Origin: an archaeon
Lineage (GTDB): Archaea; Nanobdellota; Nanobdellia; Pacearchaeales; GW2011-AR1
Assembly (NCBI GenBank): GCA_018693315.1
Contig: JABHLR010000002.1
Coordinates: 2,445 to 66,444 of the forward strand
Length of the DNA: 64,000 nt
Reading direction: 5' to 3'
The position numbers and the translations under genes were made by a program. The notes beneath the pieces were generated by a model. That model was not told where the DNA came from. It was given only the letters and a program-made list of their open reading frames with translations, and ran no database searches. This document shows, piece by piece, positions 47,923 through 58,300 of this stretch (within the stretch, counting starts at the first letter, position 1; every line of letters begins with the position of its first letter).

Positions 47923-49002
47923 TTAAGAATTATTAATCTCCATAACAACCTTCCTCAATTCCCTAAAATCCCCAATAATATAATCCGGCTTCTCTTTCTT
48001 AATCACAGCCAACGAAGACCATGCACATTTATTATTAATCGCAACAGCAACACATCCAGCCTCTCGCGCAAACTGAACATCTGAAAATCTATCCCCAACA
48101 TACATCGCCTCCGATGCCTTAATCTTCATCTTTCGAAACAACTTCTCCAACATCTCGTCTTTAGTCGAAAATTTCTCAGACCCATAAACCCCCCTAAACA
48201 AACCCTTCAACTTCAACTTCTTAATCGACGCCCTCAAAAAACTAGTCTTCGAATTCGAAACAACAATCAACGGCATCTCCTCCTTCAGCTCCCACAACGG
48301 CTTCAATGAAACACACGGCTTAATCCCACCATCAATCGCAGCCTTAGTAAAATACTTATAAAATTTCCTACGGAATTTCTGAAGATCTTTAACATGCAAA
48401 CCCAACCCCTTCAAAATCAAATGAGTCTTAACTCCCAACAACTTCCTCATCTTCTCCTTGTCAAATTCATAACCAAACTCGTCCAACGTCCGCACCATAG
48501 TATCAAAAGCTATTTTCTTCGCATCACTAATCGTCCCATCAAAATCAAAAAATATAGCCTTAATCTTCCTATCTCCAGGCGCCCTCCAAGCTTCCCTATC
48601 TTTCAAAAACTCCTTCAGCTCCTTCTTGCTAGACTTCCTCCAAAGATGCTTTAAATCAGAAACCTTATGCTCTTCAATCTTTATGGGCTTTACTTTTTTC
48701 ATAGAGAGATATTCATCTTTATGATTTTGTTTAAAATCTTTCGGATCTAATATATGCAAATAAACAGTTGCTTTCAAATCAGGCCAACCCTCAATAATAT
48801 TTATCACATGAGTCTTCCGATTCTTAAAAGCAGAAGTCTTAGCCGACCTCGCAGCAGCCATTCCCAAAGCAACCTTCTTCAAACTCGTCGCATAAACTCC
48901 CTTCTTAGAATGCATAGGATCTGAATCGGTAGGTTTCCTCGGCTCCAAAACTTTTATTTTCTTCCCACTCCCATGATACAAATATTTCGGTTTTTTCATC
49001 AC
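47923..49002 (-). CDS. Fusion: ADP-ribosyltransferase-fold-like N-domain plus HAD phosphatase
   Basis: N: YLYHGS...LEPR..GVYAT; C: FDFDGT, VSN, YVGD..SD. Confidence 0.7.
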   Translation of the reverse strand: MMKKPKYLYHGSGKKIKVLEPRKPTDSDPMHSKKGVYATSLKKVALGMAAARSAKTSAFKNRKTHVINIIEGWPDLKATVYLHILDPKDFKQNHKDEYLSMKKVKPIKIEEHKVSDLKHLWRKSSKKELKEFLKDREAWRAPGDRKIKAIFFDFDGTISDAKKIAFDTMVRTLDEFGYEFDKEKMRKLLGVKTHLILKGLGLHVKDLQKFRRKFYKYFTKAAIDGGIKPCVSLKPLWELKEEMPLIVVSNSKTSFLRASIKKLKLKGLFRGVYGSEKFSTKDEMLEKLFRKMKIKASEAMYVGDRFSDVQFAREAGCVAVAINNKCAWSSLAVIKKEKPDYIIGDFRELRKVVMEINNS

Positions 49003-49469
49003 AACCCCCTCCTCATCTTTTGAACGTTAAGCCCAAAAAGCTTACTTATAGAACCAACCTTCTTATAATCCATCTTTTCGTAAAAAGGAATAGCGTAAAG
49101 CGAAGAATTTATTTTTATAGATTTGCCGCCCATGCCCTTTGCCGTTTTCTCAAACTTCACAACCAACCCCCTAGCAACACCCCTCTTGTGATATTCCCCA
49201 ACAACAAACAAATTCACAATCTTATCTTCCCGCCCCCGAACAATTCCAATAATTTTCTCGCCAGCCACAGCAACATAAAAAATCGAACACTTATCAAAAT
49301 TTTCCTTTATCCTCGCAAGATTTTTCTTCAGCGGAGTATATGTATCAATATAATTCTTAACACTCTTTTTGCTACCTTCACCACTATTAAACCGCCCAAA
49401 AGTTTTACTAATTAACCTAGCAACATCTTTCAAATCAGAATCTCTATATTTTCTTATCCTCATCATCAC
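48999..49469 (-). CDS. GNAT N-acetyltransferase
   Basis: LFV..EY.KRGVA, SS.YA.PFYEK. Confidence 0.9.
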   Translation of the reverse strand: MMMRIRKYRDSDLKDVARLISKTFGRFNSGEGSKKSVKNYIDTYTPLKKNLARIKENFDKCSIFYVAVAGEKIIGIVRGREDKIVNLFVVGEYHKRGVARGLVVKFEKTAKGMGGKSIKINSSLYAIPFYEKMDYKKVGSISKLFGLNVQKMRRGL

Positions 49470-50656
49470 TCCCTCATCAACAAATAAACAAACGCAGTTA
49501 AAAAGACTATCGCACCGCCAACAATTAAAGTATTGGCAATCCCAATCGTAACAATCCCAATACCAGCCAGAAACACACCAATAGAATCAGCAACATTCCA
49601 ATTAATACTTCCAATCGAACCAAGCGAAGCTCTGATCTTAGAATCGAATTCATGATGAGATGCCGAAGCTTCCGCAACGTCTAAAATCACCTCAAATATT
49701 TTCAAGATAGCAAATAATAGAAACGCAAGTATGACCCACCTAGAGAACGCAATACCAATCATCATAACTCCCGTGACAATCGAGGTCATAAGTAGGGAAA
49801 ACCTAAAGCCACTTTTCTCAACAACTCTTTCAGCTATAAGAGGAGCACCCAAAGATATGAAAGCAATTACACCAAGAGCTCCAGCATAAAACTCTGGCTT
49901 CAGCCCAATAGTTTGAACGAAAAACAATGGAACAGCTAGAGTGAATATACTCCAACCGATATTAGCAAGAATGCTATTTCCCATTATAATCCTAAGATTT
50001 CGATTCTTCTTGTGAAAGATAAAATTATACGACTCAATAGCCTTAAGCCAAGACTTTTTCAAATATCCATGCGGAACTTTCTCCGGCGTAAAATTTCTCT
50101 CCTCCATATACTTCCAGATCATAATAAATATCAACAAACTAACAATCCCAGACACAAGCCAAATCAACCTAAAATTAATCGCAATAATAACAAGGCCAAT
50201 CAGGCCACCAACAATAAGTCCGCCTCTCTCGAAAATATAACCCCTAGAAATTAATCTAACAATCTGGGATTTTTTCTTCCCAATTCCCAACGCGTCAATA
50301 GCCCAAGCCGAACCAGCTCCAGTAGTAAAAGTCCACGCAATATCAGAGATAACCCAAAACGCAGCAATCACCCAAAAACTATTAGCAAAATATATCCCAA
50401 GAAAAGCCACTGTAAACAAAAAGTAAGATATCATCAAAGATTTCTTCCTAGAATCATAATCAGCAACAGCCCCAGTAGGAAACTCAAGAAGCATAGTGAA
50501 AAGGCTAGACAAAGCAAAGAGCGTTGTAATCCAAACAACACTGAAACCCATCTGAACAAAATAAACCAAAGCAAGAGCAACAATCAAAGCCCGCCTTACA
50601 CCATGACCAAACTCCATTCCATTACGAATCGCCTTCACTCTAGTAGAAAACTTCAT
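49466..50656 (-). CDS. MFS transporter
   Basis: EFPTGAVAD...RK.S, S.IRAS..S; ~12 TM. Confidence 0.9.
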   Translation of the reverse strand: MKFSTRVKAIRNGMEFGHGVRRALIVALALVYFVQMGFSVVWITTLFALSSLFTMLLEFPTGAVADYDSRKKSLMISYFLFTVAFLGIYFANSFWVIAAFWVISDIAWTFTTGAGSAWAIDALGIGKKKSQIVRLISRGYIFERGGLIVGGLIGLVIIAINFRLIWLVSGIVSLLIFIMIWKYMEERNFTPEKVPHGYLKKSWLKAIESYNFIFHKKNRNLRIIMGNSILANIGWSIFTLAVPLFFVQTIGLKPEFYAGALGVIAFISLGAPLIAERVVEKSGFRFSLLMTSIVTGVMMIGIAFSRWVILAFLLFAILKIFEVILDVAEASASHHEFDSKIRASLGSIGSINWNVADSIGVFLAGIGIVTIGIANTLIVGGAIVFLTAFVYLLMRE

Positions 50657-52458
50657 TTAATATACCCACCCTTCTGCAAATTCCACAATTTCTTATATTC
50701 GCCAGCCTGATTAATCAACTGCCTATGAGTCCCCGACTGAACAATCTTCCCCCGCTTCATCACAATAATCTTATCTGCATGCATGATAGTCGACAACCTG
50801 TGAGCAATAATAATCGACGTACGCCCCTCCATAAGCCGCGCAAGGTCCTTCTGAATCTCATGCTCAGTCTCGCTGTCCAAAGCCGAAGTAGCCTCATCCA
50901 AAACCAAAATCTTCTTATTCGCCAACAAAGCCCTAGCTATCGAAACCCTCTGCTTCTCCCCTCCACTCAACTTCACGCCACGCTCACCAACAATAGTCCT
51001 CTCCTTCTGTGGCATCTCATCAATAACCTTATCCAACTGCGCAAACTTAATCGCCTTCCAAACGACATCTTTCTTCGCCGAAGGATTCGAGAACTTAATA
51101 TTATTCCAAATAGTATCATCAAACAAAACAGCTTCCTGCGGCACAATCGCCATCTCACTCCGAACGCTCTCCTGTTTGAAATCCTTAATGTTCTTTCCAT
51201 CAATCAAAACTTCTCCGCCTTCAATATCATATAACCGATAAAGCAAATTCACCAAAGTCGACTTTCCACATCCCGAGTGCCCAACAAAAGCAACCTTCTT
51301 ATTCTTAGGAATTTTCAAACTAAACCCATCAAAAAGTTTTCTCTTCGAATATCTAAACTCAACATCCTTAAACTCAATATCTCCATGCTTAATCTCCATC
51401 GCCTTAGCCCCAGGCTTATCCTTAATGCTATTCTCGATTTTCCCATACTCGAACAAATCCTGGAAATCAATCATCGACCTATAATACATTCGAATCCCAT
51501 GAACGAATCCAAACAAAGGCCCAACTACATTTCCATAAATCGTGTAGATAAATACAATCGCACCAATCGTCAACTCGCCATTCAAGAAACTAACCATAGG
51601 AAAATAAAGCAAGAAGAAAACACCAAGTCCTAAAATCGTAGCCTCGCCAACATCAAGCCACTTGAAAAATTGCCAAAACTTCTCAAACGCATTCTTAGTC
51701 TCTTCGCTCAACCTATGAAACCTTTTCTTAACAGCGTCTTCCTTTCCAAAATACTTAACCGAATTAATATTAGTCAAAAAGTCCGCAACGTTCCCTTTCT
51801 CTCTATCTTCCTTCCGATTCGCATAACCACCATAAGGCTTCGAGTAATTCTGCAAAATAATATTATATCCAATAAAAACGACAACAGTAATAATCAAAAC
51901 AATAGCCGCAGACATATTAAAGAAAAGCAAAGAACCAACGACCGCAATCATCGAAAAAACCAAAGGCGCGATATTCCAAACAATTACATCAGTCATTCTA
52001 TCAATGGCACCCGCCCCCCGACCAATCCTCGAAATCAAACTTCCAGTTTTATGCGTCGTGTGAAAATCGTGCGAAAGTCCAACAATATGATTAAAATATT
52101 TCCTTTTCAAATCCGCAATCATATCATTAGAAAGAACAATCAAGAAAACCTGCGAAGCCCACTTAAAGAAAACCCTCGAAATCAATACCACAAAAAACAC
52201 CAAAATCAATACCCAAAGAACATTCACAAAAGCTGATTTCGCCAATAATCCATCAGCAAAAAGAGTTCCGCTATCAATCAATTCCTTAAACAAATACTTG
52301 TCAACAACATAAGTAAGGGCAGTCAAGAACCCTATAATCATCAACATGGTCAATTTTACCTTGTACCTACTAAGAAAGCTCCAATACTCCTTGAAATTGT
52401 ACCCGAAATTGATATCTCGCTTGTACTTTTTCTTATCTATCTTAATTTTCTTTACCAT
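50653..52458 (-). CDS. ABC exporter (fused TMD-NBD)
   Basis: GHSGCGKST, VGERGVKLSGGEKQR, LDEATSALD, IAHRLST. Confidence 0.95.
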   Translation of the reverse strand: MVKKIKIDKKKYKRDINFGYNFKEYWSFLSRYKVKLTMLMIIGFLTALTYVVDKYLFKELIDSGTLFADGLLAKSAFVNVLWVLILVFFVVLISRVFFKWASQVFLIVLSNDMIADLKRKYFNHIVGLSHDFHTTHKTGSLISRIGRGAGAIDRMTDVIVWNIAPLVFSMIAVVGSLLFFNMSAAIVLIITVVVFIGYNIILQNYSKPYGGYANRKEDREKGNVADFLTNINSVKYFGKEDAVKKRFHRLSEETKNAFEKFWQFFKWLDVGEATILGLGVFFLLYFPMVSFLNGELTIGAIVFIYTIYGNVVGPLFGFVHGIRMYYRSMIDFQDLFEYGKIENSIKDKPGAKAMEIKHGDIEFKDVEFRYSKRKLFDGFSLKIPKNKKVAFVGHSGCGKSTLVNLLYRLYDIEGGEVLIDGKNIKDFKQESVRSEMAIVPQEAVLFDDTIWNNIKFSNPSAKKDVVWKAIKFAQLDKVIDEMPQKERTIVGERGVKLSGGEKQRVSIARALLANKKILVLDEATSALDSETEHEIQKDLARLMEGRTSIIIAHRLSTIMHADKIIVMKRGKIVQSGTHRQLINQAGEYKKLWNLQKGGYIK

Positions 52459-52631
52459 ACTGTTATATACCTCAACACCCTCATATTCTCATGCAGGAAG
52501 ACACACGATACGCATCATACACAAAGTACAAAAATATAATCGGCGGCGAGCCAGCTGAAGAGGACGAAGACACGGAGTAAACACTGTTTATAAATTTTTG
52601 CTTAATTCTATCATAATTCATTCAAATTCCT

Positions 52632-54707
52632 CTATTTTTGCCTCTTCAACAAATCATCTAACCTAGCCTTATCACCAGACCTATCCTTTATCGCAGAAAC
52701 CTCAAAAGTCTGATTCTCCCCAATCTCCTTCGCCTTCGTAACCTTCAAATCCCGAATCAACTTCTTCCTAATCGGATCCGAAACAATTAGCTTCCCACTA
52801 GCAGAATCCGAAATCCTCTTCGCCAAAGAAATCGTATTCCCAATACTCGTATATTTCAACTTCCCACCAGTCTTCGACGCGATTAGCTCACCAACATGCA
52901 CACCAAGATTAAACGTAATCTTATCCTTAAACTTCTTATTATAAGCATTCAACTCATCCAAAATCTCCATACCAACCTTCGCAGCCAAAGCCTCATTCTT
53001 ATAAGTCTTAGTCACAAGTGGAGAGAACACAATAAAAACATAATCACCCCTCCAATCAACAAGCCCCTTCTTTTTCTGCGCACTATTAACAGCCCCATGC
53101 AAAGCACTCTTGGCAGCTTCTCCAAGCTCGCCAAAATTCTTAACACTCAAAGAAACAACAGCCGACACATATTTCTCACCCTTCAAAACCAAAGTAGACT
53201 CAGCAATCCCAACCTTATTCTTAGTCAAATCAACCATAGTTTTATCTTCATGGCTATAGTTCTTATCATCAAGCCCCTGAACCGCAGGCGACTTTTTCGT
53301 AAAATTCATACTATCTCCAACACTCGACTTAACTTTCCCAGGAACTTTATCCCGAACCTTTCCAACCATTTTCTTAACAACACCATCCTTACCCAGCGTC
53401 CTCGTTTTCCGGTATCTCATAAACAGAACAGTACCAACCCCACCAAGCACAATTATCAAGAAAATCCAAACGATAGAATACCCCTTAAATATACCAACCT
53501 CTTTCAAGCTCTCAACAGAAATAGCATTTCCAGTTAACAAAACCCTTCGACTAATAGAACTGTCGCCATCATTAATAACAACATCATACGCGCCGCTCGG
53601 AGCATTAATATTAAATTTCCTAATTTCCCCAATATCAATATTCAAATCAAGATTCAGCGTCTCTTCCCCGATCTGAATATCAAGAGTCTTATTGTAAACA
53701 ACATTCCCAATATTCGTAACAGTCAAAATAGAATCCTCAAAACCAAGATCAACCTTTTGAACACCAAGCATTTCAAATTCACGCTCCACAGCCATATCAT
53801 TAAAAGAGCTAGCAATCTTCCAAGTCCCAACACTAGAATTAAAGGCAAAATCAAACTCACCAAACTCACCAGCCTGGACAGATATTTCAGTTTCAACATT
53901 CTCAGGCGAAATAATTTTCAAAGAAACACTACCTTCCATCGCTTTCCCAGACTGATCAAAAATTTCAGCACCAACAGAAAAATTCTCCCCAGGTGTAGCA
54001 ACCTCATTCGACAAACTCAAAATTATCGACGACGCAACCTGGTTAACAACATACGAAACACTGCCAGTACCCTCATTCAAAATACCACCACCAGCGGTAT
54101 CATAAGCCCGAATACTCAAACTATAAGTTCCAGCCTCAGCAGTTTCACCAACAGAAAAAATCTCACTAACAAAACCCTCTTCAACGGCCTTACTAAAAGA
54201 AGTCCCATTCGAACTCTCCACAAAACCATTCAACAAAACACCATTAGCCTTCGTAGCCTCGATACTAACAGTCACAGCCTCGCCAGGATTATATGTAGTC
54301 TTATCCAAAGAAGCCACAACAGAAACATCACTACTCACACTAAACGCCTTCGTCAAAGCCTCATTCGCACCAAGGACCAAACGAACCTGACACTCTCCAA
54401 CAATATCACTCAACCAATCAATTTCCAAATCTTCTTTATTCAAAAATTTATATGGCAAACTATATGGAAACGCCTCACCAGGACTATATCTCCTCGCCGA
54501 CATCTTCTCTAAATTTATTGTTCTATTCCCACAAATCAAATCAACATTCAAATTTCCACTCTCAGCCCCGACCAAACCCTCGGCGCTAACATACAATCTA
54601 TCACCCAAATTATACACATCCAACGGCTCAGAAATCGTAATTCCAGCCAAAACAAACGAACTCGCGAAAACAAGCATCAAAATAAATATACATCCAATTT
54701 TTTTCAT
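52632..54707 (-). CDS. Single-pass membrane protein: Ig-like ectodomain plus class III nucleotide cyclase-like cytoplasmic domain
   Basis: Signal peptide, TM, then GD...VF, GVH.GE, YT.IGNT...A.RI. Confidence 0.7.
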   Translation of the reverse strand: MKKIGCIFILMLVFASSFVLAGITISEPLDVYNLGDRLYVSAEGLVGAESGNLNVDLICGNRTINLEKMSARRYSPGEAFPYSLPYKFLNKEDLEIDWLSDIVGECQVRLVLGANEALTKAFSVSSDVSVVASLDKTTYNPGEAVTVSIEATKANGVLLNGFVESSNGTSFSKAVEEGFVSEIFSVGETAEAGTYSLSIRAYDTAGGGILNEGTGSVSYVVNQVASSIILSLSNEVATPGENFSVGAEIFDQSGKAMEGSVSLKIISPENVETEISVQAGEFGEFDFAFNSSVGTWKIASSFNDMAVEREFEMLGVQKVDLGFEDSILTVTNIGNVVYNKTLDIQIGEETLNLDLNIDIGEIRKFNINAPSGAYDVVINDGDSSISRRVLLTGNAISVESLKEVGIFKGYSIVWIFLIIVLGGVGTVLFMRYRKTRTLGKDGVVKKMVGKVRDKVPGKVKSSVGDSMNFTKKSPAVQGLDDKNYSHEDKTMVDLTKNKVGIAESTLVLKGEKYVSAVVSLSVKNFGELGEAAKSALHGAVNSAQKKKGLVDWRGDYVFIVFSPLVTKTYKNEALAAKVGMEILDELNAYNKKFKDKITFNLGVHVGELIASKTGGKLKYTSIGNTISLAKRISDSASGKLIVSDPIRKKLIRDLKVTKAKEIGENQTFEVSAIKDRSGDKARLDDLLKRQK

Positions 54708-54778
54708 ATACACCACACGAACTTTTACTATATAAATATTATCCATAAATATAAAAACAACTTTCAGCAATATTATAC

Positions 54779-55882
54779 ATGACAAAGATGAAGGTGAACC
54801 CGTGGGAGGTCGAAGGAAGCGTCGATTACGAAAAACTAACCAAAAAATTCGGCACGACAAAAATCCCAGATTCAATCTACAAAGAATTACAAGACTGCCA
54901 TCCCCTATTAAGAAGAGGCATCTACTTCTCCCACAGAGATTTCGACAAATGGCTCAAAGCTCACGAAGAAGGAAAAAAGGTTTCAGTCATAACAGGAAGA
55001 GGCCCATCAGAAAAAATGCACATCGGACATCTGGTCCCATTCCTCGTAGCAAAATCACTCCAAGATAAATTCGGATGCGACGTTTACATTCCAATCTCCG
55101 ACGACGAAAAATTCTTCATCAAGAAAAACCTAACATTCGAAGAATCAATAAAGTATTCTGAAGATAATATATTAGACTTAATAGCCCTAGGATTCGATCC
55201 AAAGAAAACATTCATCTTCGAAGACTTCGTTTACACAGACATCTACAAGTACGCAGCGCAAATCTCAAAACGAATCACATACTCAATGGCAAAAGCAATC
55301 TTTGGACTAACTCCAGAAAAAAACATCGGATGGTCATTCTACCCAGCAATGCAAGCAGCCCACATCCTATTCCCACAATTTCACTCGAAGAAACATATAT
55401 CAGTCGTACCAGTCGCCATCGACCAAGATCCATTTATCAGACTAACCAGAGACATTGCTTCACAAAAAGATATTGCATTAACAAAGCCAGCAGCACTCCA
55501 CGCAAAATTCCTACCATCACTCCACGGCGAGGCAAAAATGTCATCATCGGGCACAGGACTAATCTTTCTATCAGACGACGCAAAAACAGTAAAGAAAAAA
55601 ATAAACAAGTACGCATTTTCCGGCGGACAAAAAACAACAGAAGAACACAGAGAAAAAGGCGGCAACACCGAAGTCGACGTCTCATTCCAATACCTAAGAA
55701 TGCTATTTGAAGAATCGGATGAAAAACTAGAAGAAATAAAAACCAAATACGAATCAGGCGAACTACTAACTGGCGAACTTAAAGCGATCCTAATAGAAAA
55801 AATAAGCGCATTCCTAAAAGATCACCAAAAAAGAAAGCAAGAAGCAAAAAAGAATATCGATAAATTTATCCTAAAAAACTAA
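54779..55882 (+). CDS. trpS: Tryptophanyl-tRNA synthetase (archaeal)
   Basis: TGRGPS..MHIGH, IDQDPF.R..RD, KMSSS, AFSGG. Confidence 0.97.
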   Translation: MTKMKVNPWEVEGSVDYEKLTKKFGTTKIPDSIYKELQDCHPLLRRGIYFSHRDFDKWLKAHEEGKKVSVITGRGPSEKMHIGHLVPFLVAKSLQDKFGCDVYIPISDDEKFFIKKNLTFEESIKYSEDNILDLIALGFDPKKTFIFEDFVYTDIYKYAAQISKRITYSMAKAIFGLTPEKNIGWSFYPAMQAAHILFPQFHSKKHISVVPVAIDQDPFIRLTRDIASQKDIALTKPAALHAKFLPSLHGEAKMSSSGTGLIFLSDDAKTVKKKINKYAFSGGQKTTEEHREKGGNTEVDVSFQYLRMLFEESDEKLEEIKTKYESGELLTGELKAILIEKISAFLKDHQKRKQEAKKNIDKFILKN

Positions 55883-56049
55883 GCAACGCGAGCGACAGAA
55901 ACAACTTTTTCCCATTCTTGAAACGATTTAAAACAGGGCCTATCTTCAGTATCCGAACCATTGCAAATTTCACGCTGAAACTCAGAATTAGTCATATTAA
56001 CACAGGCCTCATACGCATCACACCGACCAACATATTTACACGGACTCAT
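55879..56049 (-). CDS. Small Cys-rich hypothetical protein (56 aa)
   Basis: MSPCKYVGRCDAYEAC...ICNG...RPCF; fills the intergenic gap; below the ORF-track cutoff. Confidence 0.5.
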   Translation of the reverse strand: MSPCKYVGRCDAYEACVNMTNSEFQREICNGSDTEDRPCFKSFQEWEKVVSVARVA

Positions 56050-56090
56050 CACATCATATGAAATTCCTCATTTAAAACTATTATTGTTCT

Positions 56091-56783
56091 TCACTTGCGC
56101 CGTGCAGGCCTGTAAAAAGTATGTGGGCCACGATTAACCCGGCCAGTACTTTCCATATTCTTTGCCCATTTGGGAGTTTTATCAGTAAAGTAATTAGTCG
56201 CTCCATTGGTCGGGTCCGAAAACTTTCCGCTAAGAACACCGCCAGCAATATCCAAACATCCATTCCATTCCTTCGGAGAATAATCTTTATGCTCAGGATT
56301 CATCAGCTTTTCTCTATTAGGATTGCCAAGATTAAAACAAGCATATTGCGACGGAGTCAATATAACATCCTGAACAGTTTCCCCATTCCACTTTTTCCCA
56401 TCGCCAATCCGATTAAGGACAGTGTAAGCAATAGCAACTCTTTCACTCCTGGATTCGCTCCTAGCCTCGCCATAAATCATTCTCGCAAGCAAAACCTTAT
56501 CGCTATCCCCAGAAAAACTACCATCATTAGTTTTGTAAGAAACAGGAACTCTTTCAACTTTCTTTAACACAGGCGGAGATACAGGCACTGGAGCAGAAGC
56601 AACCTTCTCCAATTGTCCATCTTCAACATCTCTCAATACAAGTTCCGGACTGGTATTATCTTGCACAAAAGCGTCACCAGCCTCACTTTTTCTATCAAGA
56701 TTTCCAGATAGGCCAAGCCACAAAGCACCAGCCAAAATTGCCGGACCAAATGCGAAAACTGGATTAAATTTTTCTTTTTCCAT
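56091..56783 (-). CDS. SleB-like cell wall hydrolase (Hydrolase_2)
   Basis: LARMIYGEARSE...AIA..VLNR, QY.C, DPT.GAT.Y, H.FY; N-terminal TM. Confidence 0.88.
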   Translation of the reverse strand: MEKEKFNPVFAFGPAILAGALWLGLSGNLDRKSEAGDAFVQDNTSPELVLRDVEDGQLEKVASAPVPVSPPVLKKVERVPVSYKTNDGSFSGDSDKVLLARMIYGEARSESRSERVAIAYTVLNRIGDGKKWNGETVQDVILTPSQYACFNLGNPNREKLMNPEHKDYSPKEWNGCLDIAGGVLSGKFSDPTNGATNYFTDKTPKWAKNMESTGRVNRGPHTFYRPARRK

Positions 56784-56824
56784 TAAAATAAATCCAAAAA
56801 ACCGTTCTTAAACCTTTCTCCCTG

Positions 56825-57556
56825 TTATTGTGATTCGGTAGCAACTTCCCCAGCAGCTTCAAGAACCTCAACACCCTTAGAAGTAATATTCATCCCAACA
56901 GCCTTCCTCTCGTGCGCAGTCCTTCTCATCTTCGCAATCCGCACAGCCCTATCTCCAACTCCAGCAACTCCACTCTCATAAAACACAGTAACAGAATCAG
57001 AAAGAAATCTCAAAATATCAGTCTTCGTCCAATCACCATCACTAGTCGCCCCCATCTCTCCCTCCAAACTCTCATCAACAAAAACCGTCGTAACCTTCAA
57101 CCTCTTCATCAGCGACGACAAATCAAAAATCACCTGCCGAATTTTCCCCTTATCACTCAAACTCAAAGCCAAAACAGAAATCGGATCAAAACAAATTCTC
57201 TTAATTTGATTCGACGCAATCATCTTCGTCAACTCAGACTTCAACTCCTCAATCGACGTCTGCGGCGAAAACCTCATAAACTTAATTTTACCCTCAGCAC
57301 TCAACTTCGAAAAATCCCAACCATAAGCCATCGCATCATTCAACGTCTCAACAATATCCGGCTCAAACGAACAATACAAACCATTCTCCTGAAACATCGT
57401 CACCCCATTCCAAAGAAACTGCATCAAAAAAGTACTCTTCCCAGACCCCGGCCCACCCACAATCAAATTATCAGAATTACGCACAAATCCCCCCTGACAA
57501 ATCTTATCGAACCCAACGATTCCCGTAGGACACCTATCTATCACATCACCCACCAT
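56825..57556 (-). CDS. KaiC/RAD55-family ATPase
   Basis: TGI.GFD....GG, GGPGSGKST, D.IS, KMR.T.H. Confidence 0.9.
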   Translation of the reverse strand: MVGDVIDRCPTGIVGFDKICQGGFVRNSDNLIVGGPGSGKSTFLMQFLWNGVTMFQENGLYCSFEPDIVETLNDAMAYGWDFSKLSAEGKIKFMRFSPQTSIEELKSELTKMIASNQIKRICFDPISVLALSLSDKGKIRQVIFDLSSLMKRLKVTTVFVDESLEGEMGATSDGDWTKTDILRFLSDSVTVFYESGVAGVGDRAVRIAKMRRTAHERKAVGMNITSKGVEVLEAAGEVATESQ

Positions 57557-57652
57557 AAAAGACTACACCCACAAATCTTTATAAATTCTCTTATTGTATA
57601 ATTTTCTTTTAGATGGCTTACACGTCAGCCCATCAACAAAAGATTTATATAG

Positions 57653-57670
57653 TAATATCAATTGATATTA
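57653..57670. promoter_or_regulatory. Perfect palindrome, likely TA autoregulation operator
   Basis: taatatcaattgatatta immediately after tttatata. Confidence 0.6.
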
Positions 57671-57689
57671 TCAGAAATCAGGAGTTAAA

Positions 57690-57968
57690 ATGCAATTATT
57701 ACATAAAAGAAATTCTAACGCAAGGTCACCAACATTACAAACAGTACTAATGGTAGAAAAATTTATTGACGACAATAGCGGAGAGTACAAGAAAACAGAA
57801 CTATTCAAAAAACTACCAAAAAAAGTAATGTGGCAAACATTCCAAATAATCATGGAATATTTAGCAAGTATATTTAAGATTGTTTATGATAGCGAAGGTT
57901 ACGTAGTTTATATTTGGAATCCAGAATTAGCCGACAAAGTCAAGGACATGCCAGAGATTAAACTATGA
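57690..57968 (+). CDS. Winged-HTH protein, putative antitoxin
   Basis: PTL.TV.MVE...L...LP..V..Q.....YL; ATGA overlap with the next gene. Confidence 0.65.
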   Translation: MQLLHKRNSNARSPTLQTVLMVEKFIDDNSGEYKKTELFKKLPKKVMWQTFQIIMEYLASIFKIVYDSEGYVVYIWNPELADKVKDMPEIKL

Positions 57969-58288
57969 AACCCAATAAGACAAAATTTATAGATAGAAGT
58001 CTAGAAGAAGCTTTCAATATCATTGATAATAACGATCCAACAAAGAAAGCATTAATTAGAGCGATTAAAGATATAAAAGAAAATTGTTATTGCGGAAGAA
58101 ATGTAAGAAAGAAATTAATCCCAAGAAGATTAATCGACAAATACAAAATTAATAATTTATGGATTTACAACCTCCCTTCTGCCTGGAGGTTATTATATTC
58201 CCTAACTAATTCAGGAGAAGTCAAACTAGTGGCAGTAGTTTTAGACTGGATGAATCACAAGGATTATGAAAAATTATTCAAGTTTTAA
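57965..58288 (+). CDS. RelE-like toxin
   Basis: NLW.Y.LP..WRLLY, H..YE..F. Confidence 0.7.
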   Translation: MKPNKTKFIDRSLEEAFNIIDNNDPTKKALIRAIKDIKENCYCGRNVRKKLIPRRLIDKYKINNLWIYNLPSAWRLLYSLTNSGEVKLVAVVLDWMNHKDYEKLFKF

Positions 58289-58300
58289 ATCAAATAAAAA

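Noticed and set aside
5400-57601. Many long antisense or alternate-frame ORFs in the track (e.g. 10851-11876, 53757-54512, 56912-57601)
   Set aside because: They shadow well-supported genes and are explained by strand-biased codon usage depleting stop codons; no motifs.
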